Below are positions 36,611-45,823 of a stretch of DNA of 64,000 nt, piece by piece; positions within the stretch are counted from its first letter, which is position 1, and the number at the start of each line of letters is the position of its first letter. The stretch spans positions 152,315 to 216,314 of the forward strand of contig JAZMZG010000017.1 of the NCBI GenBank assembly GCA_045585835.1, given 5' to 3'. The stretch comes from Eubacteriales bacterium. Lineage in GTDB: Bacteria; Bacillota; Clostridia; Oscillospirales; CAG-272. The notes beneath the pieces were generated by a model. It had not been told where the DNA came from, did no database searches, and saw only the letters and a list, made by a program, of their open reading frames with translations. A program made the translations under genes and the position numbers.

Positions 36611-39586
36611 ATGCTGAAATTAAAAAATATTGTTAAAGAATACGGCGTCGGCGAAGACAAGGTAAAAGCGCTTTGCGGCGTAAGTCTTGAGTTCAGAAAA
36701 AGCGAGTTTGTTTCCGTGCTCGGTCCCTCGGGATGCGGAAAAACGACGCTTTTGAATATTATCGGAGGTCTTGACAGATACACAAGCGGCGACCTCGTTA
36801 TTTCAAACCGCTCTACCAAGGAATACAGCTCGGGGGATTGGGATACGTACAGAAACCACTCCGTCGGTTTTGTTTTTCAAAGCTACAACCTTATCCCGCA
36901 TCAAAGCGTTCTTGCTAACGTAGAGCTTGCGCTGACCCTTTCGGGAGTTTCGAAATCTCAAAGACGCAAAAGGGCAAAAGAAGCGCTTGAAAGCGTAGGA
37001 CTCGGCGATCAGCTTCACAAGAAGCCAAATCAAATGTCGGGCGGACAAATGCAGAGAGTTGCCATAGCAAGAGCATTGGTGAACGACCCCGAAATACTGC
37101 TTGCAGACGAGCCTACGGGCGCACTCGACAGCACGACGAGCGTACAGATAATGGATATCTTAAAAGAGATAGCAAAAGACCGTCTTGTAATTATGGTAAC
37201 GCATAACCCCGAGCTTGCAAACGCTTATTCCACAAGAATAATCAAGCTTTTGGACGGTGCGGTAATAAGCGACAGCAACCCCTACGAAAGCAAGCAAGGC
37301 GCCGCAGTGCCCGATAACAAAAAGAAAAAGTCAATGTCGTTTTTCACCGCCCTCTCCCTTTCATTAAACAACCTTATGACGAAAAAGGGCAGAACCTTTA
37401 TGATATCGTTTGCGGGCTCTATAGGTATCATAGGAATTGCGCTTATACTGTCGGTTTCGACGGGCGTGCAAAACTACATCGACAGAGTGCAAGAGGACAC
37501 CCTCTCTTCCTATCCGATAACCATTGAAGCGGAAAGCGCCGATATGGGCGCTATGATAAGCGCTCTTATGGAGGTATCCCCCTCCCAAAGCGAAGACAGC
37601 GAGCAAACAAGCCGACCGGACGATACGGTAAAGGTCAATTCCGTGCTGTATGAGCTTATGAATACGGCAAACTCTCTCGAAACGGAAAAAAATAACCTAA
37701 AAAGCTTCAAGGAGTTTATCGAATCAAGCGAAGAATTTAATAAATATGCAAGCGCCGTGCAATACAAATACGATACCGCTATGGACGTATACGTCAAGGA
37801 CCCTGACGGAAAGATAGTAAAAGCGGACATTATGAGCCTCATGGAGAAGGTATACGGCGATATGGGAATAAACATAAGCTCCTTCGATATGGGTGCAAAT
37901 CCTATGGCAAGCTATTTTATGGGCTATAACGTATGGGAGCAGCTGCTCTCGGGAAAAGACGGGGAGCTTATAAACCCGATTTTGACACAACAGTACGAGC
38001 TTGTAAGAGGCAATTGGCCTACGGAAGCGGGCGAGGCAGTCTTAATAGTAAACGAAAACAACGAGATAAGCGACCTTGCACTTTACTGCCTCGGATTGCA
38101 AACGGCGGACCAAATAAGCAAGCGTATGGCAGATGCGATGAAAAGCGAGCAGGTGGACACGGAAAATCTCGGACAGTGGAGCTGCGATGAGCTTATCGGG
38201 CTTGAATTTAAAATAATACTTCCGACCGACAGCTACCAAAAGCAATCGGGCGCTTACGTTGACCTTCGCGAAAGCGACAGCGGTCTTTCATACCTTTATT
38301 CGTCGGAAAAAGCCGTGAGCGTAAAAATATCGGCTATAGTACGCCCCTCCGACGATGCGGTTGCGGGTATGTTAAGCGGTACTATCGGATATACGGGCGC
38401 ACTTACGGATATACTTCTTGAAAAAGTTGAAGAAAGCGAGATAATCAAGGCGCAGAAGGAAAATCTCGAAACTGACGTTATAAACGGCTTAAAATTTGAG
38501 ACCGAGGAAGATAAAAATATGGCGGACGAGGCAAAAGCCGAAGAAGCGAAAGCATATCTCGGCACGCTGAATGAAGACGGTCTTTTTGAAATATATTTTA
38601 AAATTAAGACAACACCTACGGCAGAATACCTCGAAAATACGGCAAACGAATACGTTATGTCAATGACTGTGGAGCAGCTTCGCCTTGCAATGCTTGAAGC
38701 ATATAAAAACGATATGGGTATAGACGATTTCTCGTCCGTGGAAGAATATATAAACGGACTTTCGGACCAAGAGATACAAAGCTATGCGATAAGCGCAGCT
38801 ATGGAAAAAATCGCCGAAGAATATAAAGTGCAGACGGAAGCCGCACTTTCGGCTGTGCCAAAGCAAAACCTCGTTATGATGTTTACGGAGGAAATGAAAT
38901 CGTATACAAGCTCCGACTTTGCGAAAATATACGATTCGTATATGCCCAAAAACCGCTCCGAAAGGACATACGACGAAGTACTGAAGCTTCTCGGAAACGT
39001 CGACAAAGCGCATCCTTCGGCTATAAACATATACACTGCGACCTTTGAGGATAAGGACGAGATAGCAAGGATAATAGAGGACTACAACAATTCTCTCGGT
39101 AAGGAAAACGAGGAGGATAAGATAAGTTACACGGACTACGTGGGACTTTTGATGTCCTCCGTATCAACGGTCATAAGCGCCATATCATACGTTCTTATTG
39201 CTTTTGTTGCAATCTCCCTTGTCGTATCGTCGATTATGATAGGAATCATCACATATATTTCCGTTTTGGAACGCACCAAAGAGATCGGTATACTCCGCTC
39301 CATCGGTGCCTCCAAGAAGGATATTGCCAGAGTGTTCAACGCAGAAACCATAAGCGTGGGATTTGCGGCGGGCCTTATCGGAATTGCGGTGACGCTTTTG
39401 CTGCTCATACCGATAAATCTTATTTTGAATCACTTTACGGGAATAGAGATCTTGAGAGCATCTCTCCCCGTCGAAGGAGCAATAATCCTCGTTGCGATAA
39501 GTATGCTTCTCACGTTCATAGCAGGTCTTATACCCGCAAAGTTTGCTGCAAACAAAGACCCCGTAATAGCGCTCAGAACGGAATAA
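36611..39586 (+). CDS. Fused ABC ATPase plus FtsX/MacB-type permease with ~600-aa extracytoplasmic domain
   Basis: ATG 36611 follows TTGGAG. GPSGCGKTT, MSGGQMQRVAIARA, LLADEP. One TM, a long hydrophilic region, then a C-terminal FtsX 3-TM module (ERTKEIGILRSIGASKKDI). Confidence 0.85.
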   Translation: MLKLKNIVKEYGVGEDKVKALCGVSLEFRKSEFVSVLGPSGCGKTTLLNIIGGLDRYTSGDLVISNRSTKEYSSGDWDTYRNHSVGFVFQSYNLIPHQSVLANVELALTLSGVSKSQRRKRAKEALESVGLGDQLHKKPNQMSGGQMQRVAIARALVNDPEILLADEPTGALDSTTSVQIMDILKEIAKDRLVIMVTHNPELANAYSTRIIKLLDGAVISDSNPYESKQGAAVPDNKKKKSMSFFTALSLSLNNLMTKKGRTFMISFAGSIGIIGIALILSVSTGVQNYIDRVQEDTLSSYPITIEAESADMGAMISALMEVSPSQSEDSEQTSRPDDTVKVNSVLYELMNTANSLETEKNNLKSFKEFIESSEEFNKYASAVQYKYDTAMDVYVKDPDGKIVKADIMSLMEKVYGDMGINISSFDMGANPMASYFMGYNVWEQLLSGKDGELINPILTQQYELVRGNWPTEAGEAVLIVNENNEISDLALYCLGLQTADQISKRMADAMKSEQVDTENLGQWSCDELIGLEFKIILPTDSYQKQSGAYVDLRESDSGLSYLYSSEKAVSVKISAIVRPSDDAVAGMLSGTIGYTGALTDILLEKVEESEIIKAQKENLETDVINGLKFETEEDKNMADEAKAEEAKAYLGTLNEDGLFEIYFKIKTTPTAEYLENTANEYVMSMTVEQLRLAMLEAYKNDMGIDDFSSVEEYINGLSDQEIQSYAISAAMEKIAEEYKVQTEAALSAVPKQNLVMMFTEEMKSYTSSDFAKIYDSYMPKNRSERTYDEVLKLLGNVDKAHPSAINIYTATFEDKDEIARIIEDYNNSLGKENEEDKISYTDYVGLLMSSVSTVISAISYVLIAFVAISLVVSSIMIGIITYISVLERTKEIGILRSIGASKKDIARVFNAETISVGFAAGLIGIAVTLLLLIPINLILNHFTGIEILRASLPVEGAIILVAISMLLTFIAGLIPAKFAANKDPVIALRTE

Positions 39587-39593
39587 AAATACA

Positions 39594-39627
39594 AAAACGG
39601 TGTGCGATCTTTCGCACACCGTTTTTT
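39594..39627. terminator. Bidirectional terminator
   Basis: AAAACGGTGTGCGA-tctt-TCGCACACCGTTTT lies between two convergent genes. Confidence 0.85.
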
Positions 39628-39635
39628 ATAAAGCG

Positions 39636-39830
39636 TTAAATGTCCGCTTTCCCGTCGTAGATTTCGCACACGGGAGCAGACGGTCTTATTTTAAGCAGGT
39701 CAAAGCGGTATTTTCCGCATTTTCCGTTTTCCGAAACAGGCCCTTTATGCTCGCAATAGCACTCACCGTTATGCACAAGATATACCAAGTGGACACAGGT
39801 GCCGCACGCCTTCACATACTCGCTTCTCAT
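39636..39830 (-). CDS. Small (64 aa) Cys-rich protein, unknown function
   Basis: GGGAGGA sits 5 nt before ATG 39830, and the gene has its own terminator. Cys pattern: CxxC, CxC, then two more single Cys residues. Confidence 0.6.
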   Translation of the reverse strand: MRSEYVKACGTCVHLVYLVHNGECYCEHKGPVSENGKCGKYRFDLLKIRPSAPVCEIYDGKADI

Positions 39831-40001
39831 TTTGTCCTCCCGTTTGATTTGCTTTAGTTTATTTTATCACACGGCTCTATGCTTGTAAAGTACCTTTATT
39901 TATCTTTTTTGCTCAAACAAGGCCGCTTTTTGTCAATAAGTTGTGCACAATACGAGCCTTTTCTCCATTTTCTCGGCTTATAATAGTGTAGGAGAAATTT
40001 T

Positions 40002-40841
40002 GTGAAAGGACAAGCTATGATACACATAAAAAAAGACAAATGCAAAGATAAACTGCTCAATATACCCACGAAATTGATACTGACGGGAGAAAATCCAATA
40101 AGGGAAAATTTCGATGAAGAGGAGCTTTCGCGCCTTGCTGACAGTATAAGGCGGCACGGACTTTTACAGCCTTTAAAAGTCAAAGCCGTAAGCGACCTTT
40201 CCGGTGCTACGGTATACGAGCTTATTTCGGGAAGGCGCAGGCTCAGAGCTTGTAAGCTTCTGTGTATACCGTCCGTTGCCTGCATTGTAAGCAGCTTTGA
40301 CGAAAAGGACTGCTTGGAAATAGCACTTTGCGAAAATTTGGTCAAAAGCGATCTTAATATGTTCGAGCAAGCCGAAGCAATATCGAATCTTATGAAGACC
40401 TCAATGCTTTCCGCAAAGCAAGTTGCAGAGCATTTGTCGGTGAGCGAAGGATACGTTGCAAAAAAGCTAAATCTCTTAAGCTTTCAAAAGCACGAAAGAC
40501 AGCTTGTTTTATATGCGGGACTTGACGAAAATCAAGCTTTGAGCCTTGTTAAAATGCAAAGTGCAGATAAAAGATTAAGGATACTGAACGCCATAATTGA
40601 GGGGCGTCCGAGCTTATCGCAAGGTGATGATTACATAAACGGATTTACCGAAGAAAAACAAGGTAAAGACACGGAAATCAAGCAACAGATAAAGCCCGTC
40701 TTAAAGGATAGGCGTATATTTGTAAACACAATAGAAAAAGCGGTCACGACCTTGCGCTCGGGCGGTATCAACGTCGATTTTGAAAAATGCGAAAACGGTG
40801 CAGGTGAACTGATAATGACCATAAAGCTCGCACCGTCTTAA
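40002..40841 (+). CDS. ParB/Spo0J/Noc-family protein (orphan, no ParA)
   Basis: GTG 40002 sits 7 nt after GGAG. ParB N-terminal domain with LLQPLKV and ISGRRRLRA (GxRRxRA box). HTH SAKQVAEHLSVSEGYVAKKL. Divergent C-terminus. Confidence 0.75.
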   Translation: MKGQAMIHIKKDKCKDKLLNIPTKLILTGENPIRENFDEEELSRLADSIRRHGLLQPLKVKAVSDLSGATVYELISGRRRLRACKLLCIPSVACIVSSFDEKDCLEIALCENLVKSDLNMFEQAEAISNLMKTSMLSAKQVAEHLSVSEGYVAKKLNLLSFQKHERQLVLYAGLDENQALSLVKMQSADKRLRILNAIIEGRPSLSQGDDYINGFTEEKQGKDTEIKQQIKPVLKDRRIFVNTIEKAVTTLRSGGINVDFEKCENGAGELIMTIKLAPS

Positions 40842-40871
40842 AGTGCTTGTCCCATTGGTGCTTATTTACTC

Positions 40872-40900
40872 TTGATTTTATGTTTATTAAGGTGTATAAT
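40872..40900 (+). promoter_or_regulatory. Sigma-A promoter of the secreted-protein operon
   Basis: TTGATT (40872-40877), 17 nt, TATAAT (40895-40900). Confidence 0.6.
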
Positions 40901-40932
40901 ATAACATAAATAAAGCACTGACGGAGAAGTTT

Positions 40933-41919
40933 ATGAAAAAAATTATTGCTATTTTTACTGTGGTTGCTTGTGTTTTAGTCTTTTTATGCGCTTGCAAAGC
41001 AAAAAAGACGGAGCTTTTACCCGACGAGTCCAAAGAAACCTTCGGCGACTCACAGACAGAAAATAACGAGGACAAAAACGAAAACGATACGCAGACCGAC
41101 GTAAACGTAAACGGCGAAAACGGAAATGATACGCAGACCGACGTAAACGAAAACGGCGAAAACGGTGAAAACGGCGGCGAAAACGGCGGTGAAAACGGCG
41201 GTGAAGATACCGAGCCGTTGCCCGATACGCCAAAAGTCGAATACGTACAGCCGACAAGCTTTGCAAAGGCTTATTCGAACGTATCGGCGCTTCGAAACTC
41301 ATTTTACGATATCCTCTCCGCCTCCTTGACCGCTGCGGGTGAATCTTCGCAATTGCTTTTGGATACATACGAGGTAATGAGCGGTGAGTCAAGCTTCGTT
41401 GCCATATCGACTTGTCAAAGCGGCTCGGACGATACTCTGAAAACGACGCTTTCGGCAAACGGCTATAAAGACGTAAACGTGAGCAGGACCGAAAAAGGCG
41501 AATACAACATCACCTTAAAGGTCGACGTTTCGGACAGCCTTAGTTTCGAAGAGGTCTACACGGACGGTTCGTTCTACGTGTATTACGACGTTGCCGACGA
41601 TAGCTTCACTTGCAAATATACCGTTTCGGGAATAGGCACGGAAAAGTTCCGCGCAAAAAGAATAGAGGGCGGATATATTGCCGATTATCTGTCTTCCGAG
41701 GGTAAATATTTGCGATTTATACTTATGGACGACCATACCGGCAAGGCTCTTTTTTACGAGCAGTCACAAGCGCCGGAGCTGCTTCCCGATTCCAAGGAGG
41801 GCTTTGACGCAGAGGGTTATTATACCTTCTACGAGATCACCGAGGACAGATTCCACGCAATACATTACGGCGTAGAGCACACTTATTATAAAGTTTTACC
41901 CGAAAGTTTGAAAGGTTAA
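40933..41919 (+). CDS. Lipoprotein with Asn/Glu/Gly-rich repeat linker, unknown function
   Basis: MKKIIAIFTVVACVLVFLCAC lipobox, a repeat linker (NDTQTDVN.NGENG twice, GENGG three times), then a ~220-aa domain I do not recognise. Confidence 0.65.
   Translation: MKKIIAIFTVVACVLVFLCACKAKKTELLPDESKETFGDSQTENNEDKNENDTQTDVNVNGENGNDTQTDVNENGENGENGGENGGENGGEDTEPLPDTPKVEYVQPTSFAKAYSNVSALRNSFYDILSASLTAAGESSQLLLDTYEVMSGESSFVAISTCQSGSDDTLKTTLSANGYKDVNVSRTEKGEYNITLKVDVSDSLSFEEVYTDGSFYVYYDVADDSFTCKYTVSGIGTEKFRAKRIEGGYIADYLSSEGKYLRFILMDDHTGKALFYEQSQAPELLPDSKEGFDAEGYYTFYEITEDRFHAIHYGVEHTYYKVLPESLKG
41079..41208 (+). repeat. In-frame coding repeats (42-nt duplication plus 3 copies of GAAAACGGCGG[CT])
   Basis: GATACGCAGACCGACGTAAACG occurs at about 41085 and 41127. 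The GENGG-coding unit is repeated three times. Confidence 0.75.
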
Positions 41920-41921
41920 AG

Positions 41922-43391
41922 ATGAAAAAAAGAATAATACTCGTCATTCTTGCGGTGCTCTGCTTTGCTTCTGCCATAAGCGCATTTGCAATAACCGTGG
42001 AAAGACCCGAAAATTATATTTGGATACTCGAAACCTCAGGCGAAGGAAAAACGGAGCTGAAAAATCCCCGCACGAGCGGAGTGACCGTAAATTTCGATTT
42101 CAATATGAGATACGTGAGCCTTTCGGGAAGCTCCCTTACGGACACGGAGGTTCCCACGAGATTTACGGGAGCCGCCGTATTGGATATGGAATACGACTTT
42201 GCAACCGTGCCAAAAATAAAAAATCTTGTTCAGGAAATGAGCTCGGTCGTGCCGGGGTCGCTTACTTCCTACGCAAGCTGCCGCACTCAAAACGAGCTTG
42301 CAAACTTTGTGCTCGGCTATAACGGAGCTATATCCACAAAGCTCGAAATGAGCTCTGCGCAAACAAACCTCGGCGATTCCGAATACCTCATAAACGCCTT
42401 GGGAAATTACCATTCGGGCGCTGTCCCCGGCATAGAAGGGGAAAATAACTTAACGAATATCGCCACCGTCAACATAAATGCGGATTCAAAAGAATTCGAG
42501 ATAGGAAAAGGCACAGACTACGGCGTACGCTCCGTGGCGGTACTCGTGACGGTACACGCAAGTCCTTACGAGGAGGATACGTACTCTTTTGAGCTGACGG
42601 GCACTTTGAAGAGAGTCGTATATTCTCCCGAAAATCTTTACAGCATTTTTATATCTCCGTCGGCAAAGCCGCTACCCGTTATAAGCTCCTTCGGAGAGGA
42701 CGAGCTTAAAAGCTTGGATATCTCCGCCTCCATCTCAAGACTCAAAGCATTCTTAACGGGCAGTGTTTATTGGCCGCTTGACCTACCCGCCTCTTTGCCG
42801 GAATTTGACGAAGCGGATAAGGTCACGAGCGTCACTTCGTCAAACGGTGCGGTAATAATCGAAGCGCAAAGCACTTGGTCGCAATACAACAAATACAGAA
42901 AGCGCTTGCTTGATACGGACGGATATTACACAGACGGTGTAGATATATACTCAAAGGATTGCTACATAAAATTCATAACCGAAAGCCAAGCAAGAGATAC
43001 GGTGAAAGTAACTCTCGAAATATATCTTCCCGCAAAAACAAATTGGCTTGAGGGATTTGAGCTGTTCCCCGTTTTCAAATACGGAACGATATTGAAAACG
43101 CCCTCGGGAGAGGGTATGCCAAAGAAAGACGAAAACGCTTGGATGAACGTACTTGTATACGGTGCGGATGAAGCGTCCTTCGTTTCCTACGGCAAGGAGC
43201 TTGAAGCAAAGGGCTTTGTATACGACCTTGACGAATACATCTTCACCTCCAAGGACGGCTACAGATACAGCTTCTCCATGGCGGATTTCGGTGACGAATT
43301 CGGTGACGGAAAGCTCTTGACCTTCTATATCTCCGAAGCGAAAACAGAGGCGGAAGACGCAAATACGGGAGCCGAGGAGGAACAGAAATGA
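41922..43391 (+). CDS. Secreted protein, unknown function (489 aa)
   Basis: Signal peptide MKKRIILVILAVLCFASAISAFA. Starts 2 nt after the upstream stop. No recognisable motif. Confidence 0.65.
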   Translation: MKKRIILVILAVLCFASAISAFAITVERPENYIWILETSGEGKTELKNPRTSGVTVNFDFNMRYVSLSGSSLTDTEVPTRFTGAAVLDMEYDFATVPKIKNLVQEMSSVVPGSLTSYASCRTQNELANFVLGYNGAISTKLEMSSAQTNLGDSEYLINALGNYHSGAVPGIEGENNLTNIATVNINADSKEFEIGKGTDYGVRSVAVLVTVHASPYEEDTYSFELTGTLKRVVYSPENLYSIFISPSAKPLPVISSFGEDELKSLDISASISRLKAFLTGSVYWPLDLPASLPEFDEADKVTSVTSSNGAVIIEAQSTWSQYNKYRKRLLDTDGYYTDGVDIYSKDCYIKFITESQARDTVKVTLEIYLPAKTNWLEGFELFPVFKYGTILKTPSGEGMPKKDENAWMNVLVYGADEASFVSYGKELEAKGFVYDLDEYIFTSKDGYRYSFSMADFGDEFGDGKLLTFYISEAKTEAEDANTGAEEEQK

Positions 43392-43867
43392 AAAAGCTTG
43401 TAGTTTCGTTATTGCTCCTTTCACTCGTTTGTATAGGCGTCGCAGCATCCGCATTCCCTGAAAATTGGAGCGACATTGACAGAGAAAATTTCAAAACCGT
43501 GTACGGTGATACGGATATAAAGGAATTTTTCGAAGTGGCAAATTTGGAAGAATATTCCACCGACGCAGTCATTGATTTTTTGAAGTTAAAGCAGGGTATT
43601 ATTGCTCCGGGACTGATTACGGACGACGAGGGTTATCTTGTAGACGCCAAAAAGCTGGAGCTTGCGCTTGAAGAAGAAAAAAAGCGTCAAGATGAGCTTT
43701 TGGCAAATAAAAACGAGCAAGAGGCACGTCCCGTGATAACCGTTCCGACCGCTCCCTTGGAAAAGCAAGAGCAGGTTTCCTTAAAGACCAACGTAATAAT
43801 AGCCGTGTGCGCTATTTTATTCGGCGGCGTTTTCGCCGTTGCCGTAACGGGCAAAAAGAAAAAATAA
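43388..43867 (+). CDS. Secreted/C-terminally anchored protein, unknown function (159 aa)
   Basis: ATGA overlap with the upstream gene. Signal peptide, charged coiled region, C-terminal TM plus a KKKK tail. Confidence 0.6.
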   Translation: MKKLVVSLLLLSLVCIGVAASAFPENWSDIDRENFKTVYGDTDIKEFFEVANLEEYSTDAVIDFLKLKQGIIAPGLITDDEGYLVDAKKLELALEEEKKRQDELLANKNEQEARPVITVPTAPLEKQEQVSLKTNVIIAVCAILFGGVFAVAVTGKKKK

Positions 43868-43900
43868 GCTGCAATTTTCCCAATGAAAGAAGGATAAAAA

Positions 43901-45754
43901 ATGAGTATGGAAAAGGGCGGAATATCCGTTCAGACGGAGCATATATTCCCCATAATCAAAAAATGGCTTTATTCGGATAAAGACATTTTCTTGCGAGAAT
44001 TGGTTTCAAACGCCTGCGATGCGTGTACGAAGCTCGGACGGCTTTACTCCTTGGGAGAGGTTAAAGACGTAGACCCCGATGCATTCCGTATCGACGTCGT
44101 TTTGGATAAGGATGCCGGCACCGTAAGCATCAAGGATAACGGTATCGGTATGAGTGCCGACGAGGTCAAGAGATACATAAATCAGATTGCTCTTTCGGGC
44201 GCACTCGAATTTATCGAAAAATACGATGAAAAGGACGGCTCGGGCGGTATAATCGGACACTTCGGACTCGGATTTTATTCGGCGTTTATGGTTGCCGATA
44301 AGGTGCAGATGTACACGAAATCATATACCGATGCTACAGCGGTTTCTTGGGAATGCACCGAAGGCGGAAGCTATGAGATGCAGGAGGACGAAACGAGTGA
44401 CGAGAGGGGCACTCTCATAGTGCTTCATATCTCTGAAGAGGAAAAGGAATATCTTGACGGTGCAAAGCTCCGTATGATATTGGAAAAATATTGCTCGTTT
44501 ATGCCCGTGCCCGTATATTTTGACGACAGTACCTCTTGCGACTGCAAGGACGGTGAGTGCTCCCACGGGCACGGCCCCGTACAAATTAACGATACAAAGC
44601 CGCTTTGGACAAAAAATCCGTCCGAATGCGAAAAAGAGCAATACGCCGAGCTTTACAAAAAGCTCACGGGAGACTTCAAAGACCCGCTTTTCCACATTCA
44701 TATAAACGCGGACTACCCCTTGAACTTTAAGGGAATACTATACTTCCCCAAATATACGAACCAATACGAAAATATTGAGGGCGAGATAAAGCTCTACTAT
44801 AACCAAGTGTTCGTTGCGGATAATATAAGAGAGATACTCCCCGACTATATGATAATGTTAAGGGGAGTGCTTGATTGCCCCGAGCTGCCGCTTAACGTAT
44901 CAAGAAGCTATCTGCAAAATGACGCTTACTCCAAAAAAATCGCAAAGCACATATCGAAAAAGGTCAGCGACAAGCTATCGTCAATGTTCTCGACTGAGCG
45001 TGAAGAATACGAAAAGCTTTGGAACGATATAAAGACCTTCGTGCTTTTTGCATCTTTGCGTGACGAAAAATTTTTCGAAAGAGTAAAGGAAAATATACTT
45101 TTCAAAACAAGCGGGGACGAATATCTTACTCTCGCAGAATACAGAGAAAAAACGAAGGACACACACGAAAACAAGGTGTTCTATACCACCGACCCCGTAG
45201 CTCAAGCACAGTACGTGTCAATGCTTGAAAAGCAAGGCGCTGCGATCGTGTTGTTTGACAGCGTGCTCGATATGCAATTTGCTTCACTTTTGGAAAGCAA
45301 GGATAGCGGACTTAAATTCTGCAGAGTAGACTCCGAGCTTTCACAGCTTATAAAAAGTGAAGACGGTGCTGAAATAAACGAAAACGCTTTAAAGGAGCTT
45401 TTCGGTGAGCTTTGCGGCAAAGACGTTCAAATAAACGTATGTCCTTTAAAGGACGGCGCTCCCTTAATACTCACCGTAGAAGAAAGCTCAAGACGAATGA
45501 GCGATATGCTCAAGATGTATCAAAGCTTCGGTCAAGGCAAAGGGCTTTCCTCTCTTGCCGAAAAAGAGGAGCTTTGCGTGAATTCGTCGCATCCCGTTAT
45601 ATCGGCTCTTGCAAACGCCGATAAAGAGAAGGCTATGCCCATCGCAAAGCAGCTCTTAAACCTTGCCCGCCTTATGCGCAGGCCGCTAAATGCCGAGGAA
45701 GCGGAGGACTTCATGGGCGGAATCTGCGACATAATGCTTAAAACGCTTGAATAA
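43901..45754 (+). CDS. htpG: Molecular chaperone HtpG (Hsp90)
   Basis: FLRELVSNACDA, DNGIGM and GHFGLGFYSAF (GHKL N-domain). 617 aa. Confidence 0.95.
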   Translation: MSMEKGGISVQTEHIFPIIKKWLYSDKDIFLRELVSNACDACTKLGRLYSLGEVKDVDPDAFRIDVVLDKDAGTVSIKDNGIGMSADEVKRYINQIALSGALEFIEKYDEKDGSGGIIGHFGLGFYSAFMVADKVQMYTKSYTDATAVSWECTEGGSYEMQEDETSDERGTLIVLHISEEEKEYLDGAKLRMILEKYCSFMPVPVYFDDSTSCDCKDGECSHGHGPVQINDTKPLWTKNPSECEKEQYAELYKKLTGDFKDPLFHIHINADYPLNFKGILYFPKYTNQYENIEGEIKLYYNQVFVADNIREILPDYMIMLRGVLDCPELPLNVSRSYLQNDAYSKKIAKHISKKVSDKLSSMFSTEREEYEKLWNDIKTFVLFASLRDEKFFERVKENILFKTSGDEYLTLAEYREKTKDTHENKVFYTTDPVAQAQYVSMLEKQGAAIVLFDSVLDMQFASLLESKDSGLKFCRVDSELSQLIKSEDGAEINENALKELFGELCGKDVQINVCPLKDGAPLILTVEESSRRMSDMLKMYQSFGQGKGLSSLAEKEELCVNSSHPVISALANADKEKAMPIAKQLLNLARLMRRPLNAEEAEDFMGGICDIMLKTLE

Positions 45755-45764
45755 AAAGTTTTCA

Positions 45765-45799
45765 GAGGCTTTGTGCTTTTTGCAAAGCCTCGCCTTTTT
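45765..45799 (+). terminator. htpG terminator
   Basis: GAGGCTTTG-n9-CAAAGCCTC followed by gccTTTTT. Confidence 0.65.
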
Positions 45800-45823
45800 A
45801 AAATAAACGAAGGAGGATGAAAA

